Of a stretch of 64,000 nt of DNA, positions 38,087 to 49,113 are shown piece by piece (position 1 is the first letter of the stretch; every line of letters starts with the position of its first letter). The translations under genes and the position numbers were made by a program. Source of the stretch: Mytilus galloprovincialis. Lineage: Eukaryota. Under the pieces are notes generated by a model, which was not told where the DNA came from, made no database searches, and worked only from the letters and a program-made list of their open reading frames with translations. The stretch is taken from the NCBI RefSeq assembly GCF_965363235.1, contig NC_134847.1, positions 63,980,144-64,044,143 of the forward strand. Direction: 5' to 3'.

Positions 38087-38181
38087 CTTGTAACACCATA
38101 TCTGTCTTTGACAGTTTGCGTTGCTCTCAAATTCAAACCAATTTCTGGAGTTAAAGTTATCTTTTTCAACAATTCCACAAC
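38087..38181 (-). CDS. MVP: MVP exon 7: VVELLKKITLTPEIGLNLRATQTVKDRYGVT
   Basis: Acceptor tattttag, donor gtatta; ~ human [31 protein letters not shown]. Confidence 0.8.
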
Positions 38182-38444
38182 CTAAAATATTTGATATTAG
38201 AATCTGATATAAGGGTAAACCCTGAAAAATGACAAACTATTGTGCATAAACATAATAATATACGTTCCATAATTCATGATTTTTAACTGTTTCACAAAAG
38301 TTAATGACTAAATACAGAAATAACTACGAACTTTTTACCAGTACTTTACATAAAAGTCTATATATAAGATTTTTCCTTCGTATGAAATTCTAATAAACAA
38401 TTCATATATTTCTATGTTTACATAATCACATTCATCTTACAAAC

Positions 38445-38514
38445 CTCTTCATAAACATCTGGTAAATATGATCCTTGTTCACAGATAAACCATTGTTCGT
38501 CTGTCACCCGTTCA
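38445..38514 (-). CDS. MVP: MVP exon 6: NERVTDEQWFICEQGSYLPDVYEE
   Basis: Acceptor ttgtttcag, donor gtttgt; ~ human [23 protein letters not shown]. Confidence 0.85.
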
Positions 38515-39068
38515 CTGAAACAAAATTACCGTAACAAAAACATCAAGATTTCAATTCCGTATACACAATTTATCAGAACCTTCAAACCCTCATTAATGTT
38601 AGGGATACTCTCAAACGTGTATCCCCAAAGTACATATCATCTTTGTTAGAGGCCATATCTTCGCAAAAACAAAATATAGCCATTTATCTTCCTTATGAAA
38701 AAATTGTTGTTTACTTTTTACATTATTCTATCAATATTTGATATGTTTTTGCCCAAAAAAGTTGATAGCACTATTTCTCTCTGTATATCTTTCAATCTAT
38801 CGCAGAACCTGACATTAACCTGAAACACATGAACAGTGGAAAGGACACAATCATTTATTTAGTCTATCTTTTTCAGCTTGTATATCCTCACTGCATTGTG
38901 TATCTGATTTTTCAAAATATATATAATTCTTTCATATTTCTTTGTTCATATATAAGTTTTAGGAAAAAAAAACATTTACTGAAATTTAAAATATTCTCTC
39001 TTTGTATATAAAAACTCAGAACTTGTTAAGTAATATGCTCCAATAGAGAACATGACTTGTTAACTTAC

Positions 39069-39160
39069 TTGTCATATCTATCCATAAATCCTTGTTTAGC
39101 TCTCAGTCTTAAAGCTTCACCTTCTTTAAGAACTATTGGATTTACAATTCCTTGGACTTC
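39069..39160 (-). CDS. MVP: MVP exon 5: EVQGIVNPIVLKEGEALRLRAKQGFMDRYD
   Basis: Acceptor tatttcag, donor gtaagt. Confidence 0.85.
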
Positions 39161-39247
39161 CTGAAATATAAATTAATAGCATAATACCTAATCAAAGCGC
39201 TGTAAGCGCTGAAGGCAGTTAACCAAAAACCAGACAAACGTAATTAT

Positions 39248-39400
39248 GTGCAGTGGCGGATCCAGAAATTTTCATAAGTGGGAGCCCACTGCCTGCCTAA
39301 CAGGGGACCTGCTCCAGTCATGCTACAGTGATTCCCTATATAATCAACCAAATTTTTTCTCACTGAAAAAACCTCTAAATCCGCCTCTGATGTGGCATTA
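39248..39400. mobile_element. MITE, G/C-core family, copy 3 (cagtggcggatccag...ctaaatccgcctctg)
   Basis: Inverted termini; internal cagtcatgctacagtgattccctatataatcaaccaaatt block is shared with copies 2 and 4. Confidence 0.6.
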
Positions 39401-39714
39401 AACATTCATATATTGTACATTTATGTTTATCTAATGAATTAATTATTAAGGCAAATAATTGATATGTTATCAAGGTTTCAATAGCAATGAATATATAAAT
39501 GTATATTTTTATGGTGAGTCTGCAGTGGTACAAATTCGCAATGATTGTAGTTGTTCTAGTTGGTAGTTAACGTTGGTTTTAGTTGACTGTTAGTAGTACG
39601 TGTTGACTTAGTACGAACATGTAATAGTATGAATGGACTGGTTTCCCTGTAAAGAAAACTGAGTATGTGTTCTATAGTACAATAGTTATGCGACACAAAT
39701 CAGACATAGTAAAT

Positions 39715-40200
39715 GTAAAAGATTTGTTATATTGTCCCATACATGAATATATATGGTTTAGGGTGGGGATCTTGAGGGTTTTCAAGTTCTCAAACAGGAA
39801 GGGGTAAGGTGACCCCAGGGACTTCCCCTATATTTGTTTTGTTATATTGTACCATACATGAATATATATGGTTAAGGGGTGGGGATCTCATCGGTTTCCA
39901 AGTTCTCAAACAGGAGGGGGTAGGGGGGCTCCCCCTATATTTCATTTAATTAGTTATATTGACCCATACATGAATATATATTGTTTAGGGGTGGGGATCT
40001 CGACCGTTTCGTAAGTTCCCAAACAGGAGGGGGTGGGTCACCCCATGGACTCCCCTTATATTTCATTTGATTAGTTATATATATAGTCCCATACATTGAA
40101 TGTATATGGTTGAGAGGTGGGGATCTCATCCGTTTCAAAGTTATCAAACAGGAGGGGTTCGAGTGGCCCAAAGGACGCCACCTATATATGATATGATTTG
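39715..40200. repeat. Tandem repeat, ~120-125-bp unit x4 (…catacatgaatatatatggtttaggggtggggatct…caaacaggagggggt…ccccctatatttc…)
   Basis: Four collinear units. Confidence 0.85.
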
Positions 40201-40549
40201 CCTACATTCAGGTAGTTATTTGTGAAAATAAAGTAAAAATCTTCCAGCTACTTTAACTGACCCTTCAAAATTGAGGAAAAAAATACCCCTTCAAAGTTGC
40301 AGTGATATGTTTACACTTTAAAAGCATCTTACATGCATTATCAACATTTATCACTGAAAAGAAAATTTATACTGTGACCAGGAACATATATATTGTTAGA
40401 TATACTGTTTCCAGCTGTCCGGCACATTGTATTGGATTTTGACATTAAAATTGTCAAAAGTAATTTTGAGTTTCTGTTTGAAATATTTTCTGCTTTTTCT
40501 TTCTTTTACATATGTCTTTTGGTTTTCAATTCTAATGTTTATATTCATT

Positions 40550-41300
40550 TACCATGCATAGATGTATTTTGTCACCTGCCTGGATTCGCCAAAAACCCGG
40601 AATTACACTTATCCGCTTCCGGAATCGGATCCGAAATTGTAATTGTCTTTTCACGGCAGCCATTGTTATTGTGTTCCAATGTTGTTTTTGTCAGTCAGAT
40701 ACGATTTTACTCGTATTAACACATTTTTTGTCGGCGATTTTCTGTATATAGCTAGCGATTGAACAAAATTGACATCGCTGTCATGAATAATAATGATTAA
40801 AATAAGTTTTGAGATCGTTTATTTGGAGACTTTGGCGAAAAGGTTTGCAAAGCTATTTTTTCAGAGTGGAAGGCCCGTCGGGCGTGGCTAGTAACCAAGT
40901 CGAAAGTGGAAGGTCGCGGACCTAGGACCACCGCTAATTTGAACCCCTGCCTCCAAATTGAAAAGATACGAATTTCGTCTTCTAATTTGAAATTGCCGCC
41001 AACAGCATGAACAGTTGAACTTATTATATAATAGACTACTGACGTAGTTGTACTACGTATTGACGACAAACAATATTCCTACGACTTTTGCCATTTGGGA
41101 AATCTAAACTACTTGTCTTAAAAGATTTTCGGCGATTAAATATTTCGTACAATTGTTTTTTGACATCTTAGCCAAAAGCACAGGCGATAATAAACTGCAT
41201 AAGAATTCCTAATGAGCACTACTTCCTATGTGCAACTTCAAAAGTTTTGGGTGATTCGACGATCATTTAAGGTTTTTCTAGTCATTTTTTTTGTAATCCA
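40550..41300. other. CpG-rich, non-repetitive island inside MVP intron 4; no recognisable ORF homology
   Basis: Many CG dinucleotides (ccgcttccggaatcggatccg, ggcccgtcgggcgtgg, gtcgcggacctagg, tgacgtag...tacgta), unlike the CpG-poor surroundings. Confidence 0.5.
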
Positions 41301-41499
41301 GAATTAAAAGTATTAAAAAGGTGTTCAATTAGTTATATATAACATAGTAGCCAGCTAGATAATAACAATGGCAAGTATTTCAGCATTTATTGGGTAGACC
41401 ACAAATCTAGGGTGCTCGCATAATGCAGATTAACTGCATAAAAACTATTGATACATGAGAAAATATCTCAAAGGATGAACTTTTTTAATAGTTTGTTCT

Positions 41500-42040
41500 T
41501 ATGTTTGGCTGTAACACCACTGTCCTAGGTTAGGGGAGGGATGAGCACTCACAAACATGTATAACCATGCCACATTCTTCATGTGCCTGTCCTTAGTCAA
41601 GAACCTGTAGTTGAGTGGTTGTCATTGGTTCATTTCCGTCATATCTTTTTTCCGTAAATTGTTTTGTTGTAAATTAAGCCATTACTTTTGTCAATTGAAT
41701 TGTTTTATATTTTGCATATCAGGGCCTTTTATAGCAGACTATACAGTATATATTTTTTCATTTTTGAAGGCAGTTAATTTTAAGGGTAAGGTTGTTTATA
41801 ATTGCTAAAATCCATTTCATTTGAACATAGGTGGATAGTTGTCTCATTGGCAATCATACCACATCTCATTATTTTTATAATTGTCAATTGCAATTGATTT
41901 TTAAGTTAGCTCTTACGTTGTGTTTTTAAAATTATGCCACTGACCTAGGTTAGGGAGGGCTGAACACTCACAAATATGTAAAACCCCACCTCATTCTTTA
42001 AGTGACTCAAGTTTTTAAGTCAAGAGCCTGTAGAACAGTA
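41500..42040. mobile_element. Two adjacent copies or fragments of the ...cattggcaatcataccacatct... SINE/MITE family (41500-41640, 41815-42040)
   Basis: cactg[tc]cctaggttagggagg...cacaaa[ct]atgta...cattctt... repeated at 41520 and 41940; tail ttgtctcattggcaatcataccacatctc at 41830. Confidence 0.5.
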
Positions 42041-42168
42041 GTTGTTATTTCTAAATTAATTATCTTATAATTATCAAGATTACCACATAACAATATTTAA
42101 ATTGTTCTTTCTTCTAATTATAAAGTTTGCCACATAAATGATACAAAATTACTATTCCTTTCACATAC

Positions 42169-42396
42169 CACTTCAGGTCTAGGTATATATGTACGTGGAC
42201 CATTTAACTGCCATTCTTCTCCTGCCTGATGCTTGCCATTCTCATCTTCACAATCCAACAGGGCCTTTAATTTGATACCATGATTATCAGGTACAACTGG
42301 TAACTTCTTAATGGCTCTCTTATAATCTGGCAAACCACCAGTTAGGAAGTCAGAGGCGCCCTCTAGAACTTCACCAGGATATAATGGAAAAGGGTC
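42169..42396 (-). CDS. MVP: MVP exon 4: [76 protein letters not shown]
   Basis: Acceptor tttatag, donor gtatgt; ~ human [14 protein letters not shown]...[36 protein letters not shown]. Confidence 0.9.
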
Positions 42397-43042
42397 CTAT
42401 AAAATGAAAGTGAGGTTTTAATAATGGTTCTAACATTTGTTTCTAGTATATATGCACAGAATTGTAAATGTTGATAAATGGAGCTTGTATGTGAAGTTAA
42501 GATTTATGGGCAGATGAACCTTGATAGATGGAGAAAAACCTCGAAAATAAAAATTGTAAATGAGTAATATACCAAATGTATTGGACCTATTACTTTTTAC
42601 ATAACAGAAACTGTTCTATTACCAATCCTTAACCAGCCTTGAAGGATAGTTGAATCTTGAGCAGGTAAAGGAGAAGGAATCTATTTGATGGACATTTAAA
42701 CTTTCTATGAACCAAATATAGTTTTGAAACCATAAACAATCTGTATCCAATCATATATGCAGTATGTGGACAGTTATTCTTTCTTCTGAATTATTAGGTT
42801 TTTAGCAAATGATTGATGCCAGCACCACTGGTTTTGGAATCCTATCATCTGGCATTTTGCAACAAATATTGACAGCGAAAGAAAAAACCTCAACGTTTTG
42901 TTTATCAATATGATTATTAAATGAAACTCAGAATACAAACCCTCTATTCTGACATTAATATTTTGTTTAGTTTTTGTTTTACTACAAATAATATATATCT
43001 AGGAATAGTTAAAGTATTTCCATGTGCTGGAAGACATCTTAC

Positions 43043-43106
43043 CTCATGGAAATGGATATCTTTCTCTCCAAATCTAATTTCACATGCCTGACCAGGAACA
43101 TAATTG
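43043..43106 (-). CDS. MVP: MVP exon 3: SNYVPGQACEIRFGEKDIHFHE
   Basis: Acceptor tatttcag, donor gtaaga; about 7 aa shorter than the human segment. Confidence 0.7.
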
Positions 43107-43859
43107 CTGAAATAAACATCAAAATTGGTAATTAAAGTAGACATCCAACACAAACTATATACAATAAGTTAAACCAGGTTAAGGAAGATTGATTGAACTG
43201 TTTCCATGATGATAAACTTTCAGTTTTGTTTTCATCATGTCTAAGCAATGGCAAATGATGTGGAAAATAAATATATAGAAAAAATATTTCAGTAATTAGT
43301 CTTTATAAACTGAAAGGTTGAATACCTAACATAATAAATAATTACCTATAAGACAAAGAGTAAAGGCATGAGCCCATGACACCCCTGTCGCCTTTTCAGC
43401 TTGTTTCTATACTTTAAATGAATTTTCTGATCATGCGGTATGAGCTTTACTTATTGTTGAAGGCTGTACAGTGATGGAAAATTACCCATTTTTTATGAAT
43501 AAAATTCATAACTTAGAAACATAAACTCTATAAATTTATAAAAATCAAAAGACACTTATGTCAATAGATATAAACAATTCACCAAAGTTTTATGAAAAAT
43601 AGTGAGAGATTTACAGAACTTATTATCCAAAGTGTTCTTCGAGGAGCAGAGGACAACAATTATACCATTTAATGTCATTATTAAAGAAAGATGTATATAT
43701 AACTAGTGAAATAAGTCCTGTAAGTATTCTCGTCAATAGATTAGCCACATAATATTCATGTTCTAAGCACAATCTGGAACAAGAAGGTTGATGTGATACT
43801 AATGTTTCAGAAAAGGGAGAAGGTTTGGTACCATTAAAACGTTAAATCCTGCTGCAATT

Positions 43860-44133
43860 GTATGCACCTGTCCTAAGTCATGAATCTGATGTTTAATTGT
43901 TGTTGTCTGTTTAGGTGGTTCATCAATGTTTTTCTCGTTTTTATATAGATTAGACCGTTCATTTTCCCACTTGAATGGTTTTGCACTGGTAGTTTTGGGG
44001 GCCCTTTATAGCTTCTGTTCAGTGTGATCCAAGTCTCTTTGTTGAAGACCGTACATTGACCTATAATGGTTTACTTTTATAATTGTTATTTGGATGGAGA
44101 GTGGTCTCATTGGCACTCATACCACATCTTCTT
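43860..44133 (+). mobile_element. SINE/MITE-like repeat (same family), ending 30 bp from the MVP exon 2 donor
   Basis: ...gggggccctttatagcttctgttcagtgtgatcc...gttgaagaccgtacattgacctataatggtttacttttat...agtggtctcattggcactcataccacatcttc. Confidence 0.6.
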
Positions 44134-44162
44134 ATATATAACTAAGACTAAACAATACCTAC

Positions 44163-44296
44163 CTGACAGGATTATGGACTACACAATAACATCCTGGTGC
44201 CACAACTATCATAGGCAATGGACCAGCCACAAAGTTTTCATTTGTCTTCAATACAATGGTCTGTGGACCTATTTCTATCCTTGTAATATTAGTTGT
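44163..44296 (-). CDS. MVP: MVP exon 2: TTNITRIEIGPQTIVLKTNENFVAGPLPMIVVAPGCYCVVHNPV
   Basis: Acceptor tattttcag, donor gtaggt; ~ human [44 protein letters not shown]. Confidence 0.85.
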
Positions 44297-45399
44297 CTGA
44301 AAATATCATAAATACAATTTTAATATTATGTGTGACTTGGGCTTCTTAAACAAATGTATTTGGATTGTGACCAAATTTTGACATACCTGTTATATAGGTT
44401 TCTGACACAAAGTAAATGTGGTCAAAGATCCTAAAAATTTGAACTGGAACATTTAATTCACCTAGAATGGTCTGATATCCAAAATCTCAGAACATGGTTA
44501 GATTCAGCGAATAAAAAAACACCAAAAATTTAATTTAAGTTAAAATCAAACAAAGTTTAATTTAAGACCCTTCAAACATTAATATGGACTTATTTGAAAG
44601 CAGGGCCCCCAAAAAATATTAATGCACTATAAGATTCAGCATATGAAAGAGCTGCAATAATTCTGTTTCTGATGTAATTACCCCCAAACTCAAATAAATA
44701 AAGATATAAATAGGAAGCCACCTCATGCAATTGAAATAGGTCTGTTTGATTTCATGTTAAAAGATGAAAAATAAGATAATTTAAACCGTAAAACATGTAT
44801 AAGAATGTGTTTTGTGGATTAATCAGTCAACAAAATGGTTCATCTTTGTTTAACTTTTAATGTTGCCATTTTTTCCTTTTAAGAGGGTGGAAAAGGGTTT
44901 TTTTCATGCAATGTGTCTTGTCTTTTTCATTTCACATGCAGCCGTGAAAAAGGTTTGTTATTCAACGTGTTTCGTGAAATCGGTAAAAAGATCAATGTAC
45001 AAGACCTTGTTCATTCATTGTGAAATGGCAATTTTATTTCGTGTTCCCGCGTACAAATACCCCCTTTACGCCCCTCTTTAAATGGCTGAACACGACTTAT
45101 GCATGTGTAACCAATCTCTAGCTAATGGATTAAATTGAAGGTCACATGAATAAGGATTCAATGAGGTTGAATTATTTACTTACAAGTGAATAATTCATCA
45201 GCGATATTTCTTTGTCTATTTTGACAAAATTGAACCAAATTGGCTACTAAAAACAAGTTATTATTTCATTATTTCACTTTTACTAATGATTGTGAACCAA
45301 ATGAAATCTTAATATTCTTATTGCATCTTTTTTTTTAAAACCTATTATTGTTTACTTTTGATTAGGGAAAGTGTCACCAAATGGTTAACTTAGTACCAA

Positions 45400-45745
45400 A
45401 CAGCAGTGGCGGATCTAAAAATTTTCATAAGTGGCTGTCTAAGAGGGGGCCAGCTCAGGTCAAGCTTCAATGACTTCCTATATAATCAACCAAATTTTTC
45501 ACAGAAAAAAGGGGGGGGGGGTGGGGCTGGCAAACTGCTCCCCCCCCCCCCCCTTTTCTGAGAAAAAATTGGTTGTTTATATAGGAAATCACTGTCCAAG
45601 AGGGTGTCAGCTCCGGTCAAGTTTCAGTGATTTCCTCTATAATCAACCATTTTTTTCCCAGAAAAGGGGGGGGGGGGAGGAGGAAAAGTCCACCCCTTGG
45701 GCTCCAATTAAATCCACCTCTGAACTGGAGCCCATACAGGAAACA
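45400..45745. mobile_element. MITE, G/C-core family, copy 4. It is arranged as 1.5 palindromes: arm / inverted arm / arm, around poly-G and poly-C cores
   Basis: tgacttcctatataatcaaccaaatttttcacagaaaaaagggggggggggg...ccccccccccccccttttctgagaaaaaattggttgtttatataggaaatcactg, then a third arm at 45620-45680. Confidence 0.75.
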
Positions 45746-46538
45746 TGATTTGTCCTTTTAATTACAGATCCCTCTAAAATACCTGCTATTAAATGTATTA
45801 CAAATACATCTGGTCTAAGCAAAAACATAACTTTTATATTGGTTCTTGGTTAATCTATACACAAATATACACAAACATTATGTAGGTATTGTAAGTCAAT
45901 GTTTGTTTATCAAACCATGACAGGTTATGATCTGTTCAAACAAATAAATCACCCTGAAATTTAAAGGAAAATCTCAGGGGTTACATTTTGACATTTTTTT
46001 AGGCATGAACTGGTAACTGAAACTGGAAAATTTAGGACTATATATAACTCTATAATCTGTAAAGAGTTATGACCTCCTAATTAGCTTCCCTGGATCTGCA
46101 CGTCAAGATAATTTAGAAAGGGTTCAATTTTCTTCACTCAAAAAGAATTAAGATGTAAATGAAAGGACATAGAAGTCCTTAAAATGAGACAAACATTTTA
46201 TCTCATCTTGATTAATTATAAATCTACATGTATGTCTCTTTCCCCATGTTCAAAACATTGCATGGTATTGTGCAATATACCTTCATTTCTTCTTCCGTCT
46301 GTTTTAATAAAATTATTACTCAACTAATTTTTCATATTTCATCTTCGGGTAAATTAAAAAATAAAGCAACGATTTTAGTCAGCATTATTAATCTACATAT
46401 CAAAACTTGATCGTCCCAGGCAGATGAAAGAAATCAACATGTCATATGAAAGTGAAACAGAAATGTCAAATGGCTGTAAATTTTAATTTAAAATAAAAAA
46501 TACCTTTTGACAACAGTTTATAAAACAATTTTACTTAC

Positions 46539-46598
46539 CACATCAAGTACATGAACAAACTGGTAAAGCTTCAAACCAACAACATTGTTTTTAGACAT
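46539..46598 (-). CDS. MVP: MVP exon 1: MSKNNVVGLKLYQFVHVLDV
   Basis: ATG at 46596-46598 (minus); donor gtaagt. Confidence 0.75.
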
Positions 46599-47000
46599 CT
46601 TAACTAGTAACACTAATGCTGAGTAAACAATATTCCGGTCGTTTGGGAATTTCCTGTTTATTTGTTTACAAAAGTAGAGTTGTCTAACTTTGCCCATGAA
46701 AAAAATCATCCAAGGTGAAGTGTTAATCTATGTTATTTTGAGTAACAAAAATTTTGTGTTGATTCATGTCAAGTATTTATATTGTCTCTGTTTTGCCTTA
46801 ATAACCATAAAAAAAATATAAATGACACCTGATGCCATTTTCAAATCCGCAACAAGTTCTAATTTATGAAGTTATACTGGAATATCATGGTAAATAGAAA
46901 ATAAAACAGTGGCAATTTAATCATTTCAAAAATGATTGACCCTGAATACATCATGTTTTCCGAGACATTTATCAGAAAACCATTAAGACTTTTTCATAAA
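46599..47000 (-). promoter_or_regulatory. MVP: Putative MVP 5' UTR and proximal promoter (2.4-kb intergenic interval between the CDC5L stop and the MVP ATG)
   Basis: Position only, immediately upstream of the MVP start codon; contains a kappaB-like decamer GGGAATTTCC at 46645-46654. Confidence 0.3.
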
Positions 47001-49008
47001 ACACTATTAAAATTACCTTGATCTGGGACTATTATACTAGTTAGTATTAATATAATAGTCCCAGCCTTGATCACAAAACACTTTTGTCTAAAACATCTTA
47101 TATTATATCTGAGAGCTAGGACCCCTTTTTGAAATAAAAAAAAAAAGAGAACTCCTTACAAGACATTTTAATGGTAAGGCTAATATTAATTTGATGTGCA
47201 TGGCATCAATGGTTTCAATATTCATAATTTTCTGTTTTTTATTCTGTTTATGACAAAATGGTGACCACTCCATAATGTTAGAGCTGGTGCTATCTTGTAG
47301 CATCACAGATTTATACCTGATGGTGTACAGCATACTTTTACCAAATTACTGACTTTCTCCCTAAATAGCAAATAACATCTGCTACTTGGATGCTTTTAAG
47401 GGGTACAAATCTCCAGATATGAAGTTTGATGTAAACTTAAATAAATAGCAGCAGATTGTGTTTTTTTTTTATAAGTAGACAAGTTTTGACATGATTTATA
47501 ATCTTTTCAAATTTATCAATCTATTTGCATGAATAGATAATCCTGCAACTTACAGACCTTATGTATTCATTTATATGAAATATGGTGTCAAAATAATCAT
47601 TCAACAAACATTTTGGGAATAACATTGGATGAATTATGACTGACCAAAAGGTAATACTCTACAGGTATCCATGTCCATCAAGTCACAATTGTATGTACAA
47701 ATATTTGTTTAAACTCTAAGATGCAGTATGCTAACAGAGAAGCAGCAAATACCAATTCTTAAATCTCTACTGTGACAAAGCCAAGGATAAAACCATCTAG
47801 AACAAACACTTGTGAAGAGTAAGCTACTAATAGACCATCGAAATACTTTTGAAAAATGCAAGTAGGACACATTTACATAGTTTTGATACAAGAAACACAA
47901 ACTGATAGTATGATGCAAAGTATACAAGGCAAGTTGATTCTATCCATTATGATATCTGAAGTCAAGGTCAGACATACACTTAAAATGTAGCAATGGAATC
48001 TGAAATAAATACAAGACTTTGAAGAAAACAATAAGGCTGTAATTTACTGAAACTACATGATACATTTCATTTTAATAAACTGATATGAGATAAATCTCCT
48101 TTGAATATACTCTAAATAGGTGCTTTTGGGAGAAGGAAGTGGATGAAAACAAATACTGGTCAGATGTTTTATTGATGGAATGACAATATGACATACATAC
48201 ATAACAACTACTTTCTCCACTCAGAACTTCTCACTCCATTCTTTTCTAACATAGGAATATGCATCATGAGTTTTTACATTAATGATTATCTATTTGTTTT
48301 TTCATTTCAAAATTATTTTGTTTTACTAGGACTACAAAGTCACCATGAAGTCATTGATGAAGTGCCATGGAATTATATATTTTTACAGAGTTCTCAAAAA
48401 GAATTTTGTCTTGTGGGACATTTGAACAGACAGTTTGTAATTTTTCTGACAGACAAAAAAACATTTTCATCAATTTAATCCTATCATTCTATTGCAATAC
48501 TAACTACCTTTGAGTCATTTGGACAGAAATTGTAACAAACATTTAAAATTTTGATCAGTAAAAAAATTCATACTGACACTGTTCAAGAACTCAGATTTTT
48601 AGTACACTTCATATTTCTCCCTGAAATTTTTCGTATTTCATTTAAATGATACCAGAAATTCACATTCATAACAAGAAAGTTAGAAAATACAGTATAATAA
48701 ATACATGTAGAAGTATAATGCATGATTTTTCTATGTAAAATACTTGTCTGAAGGCAATAGTCCTAACAGTAATGTTTTTGTAACAAAATTACATAAACTT
48801 GTTAAAAAAATATGAGAACTAAGCCAGTAAAGCTATGTAATAAAAAAATCTTAGCATTTTTCTTTAAATTTTAGATTTAATCTTTTGTTATGGCTCTGTT
48901 TATATCTTTAATGAGTTAAAATTCTGATAACATTTGATATTAAACTGTACAAAATTCTGACAAATATAAGTTCAATCTGTGCTATAATTTTGTAAACACA
49001 AGTCCATG

Positions 49009-49113
49009 TTATTTGTTGTACTGGATAATATCTTGTTTATATTGGAGTTCACTATATTTTCTCTGTAATTCTTTCTCTCTCTCCTGTTGTCTATTTACAT
49101 CTTCTGTCAGGGA
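49009..49113 (-). CDS. CDC5L: CDC5L terminal exon: [34 protein letters not shown]
   Basis: Acceptor tactttcag; stop TAA at 49009-49011; ~ human [34 protein letters not shown]. Confidence 0.85.
   Translation of the reverse strand, partial: [34 protein letters not shown]

Larger units (their letters stand above)
19807..46598 (-). other. MVP: Major vault protein (MVP) gene, complete CDS: 26 exons, 2565 nt, 854 aa
   Basis: All exon-intron joins are GT..AG with mutually consistent phases. Peptides are collinear with human MVP from the N-terminus (YQFVHVLD ~ YHYIHVLD) to the C-terminus (VKKFK.M.E..G...I....AGP..Q..LLQ.LG..S.L.TDG.TPINLF.TA.GL.G). Confidence 0.9.

Noticed and set aside
40393-41069. 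ORFs 40393-40719 (plus) and 40797-41069 (minus) as genes
   Set aside because: No recognisable domain, and they overlap a CpG-rich island; reported as a finding rather than a CDS.
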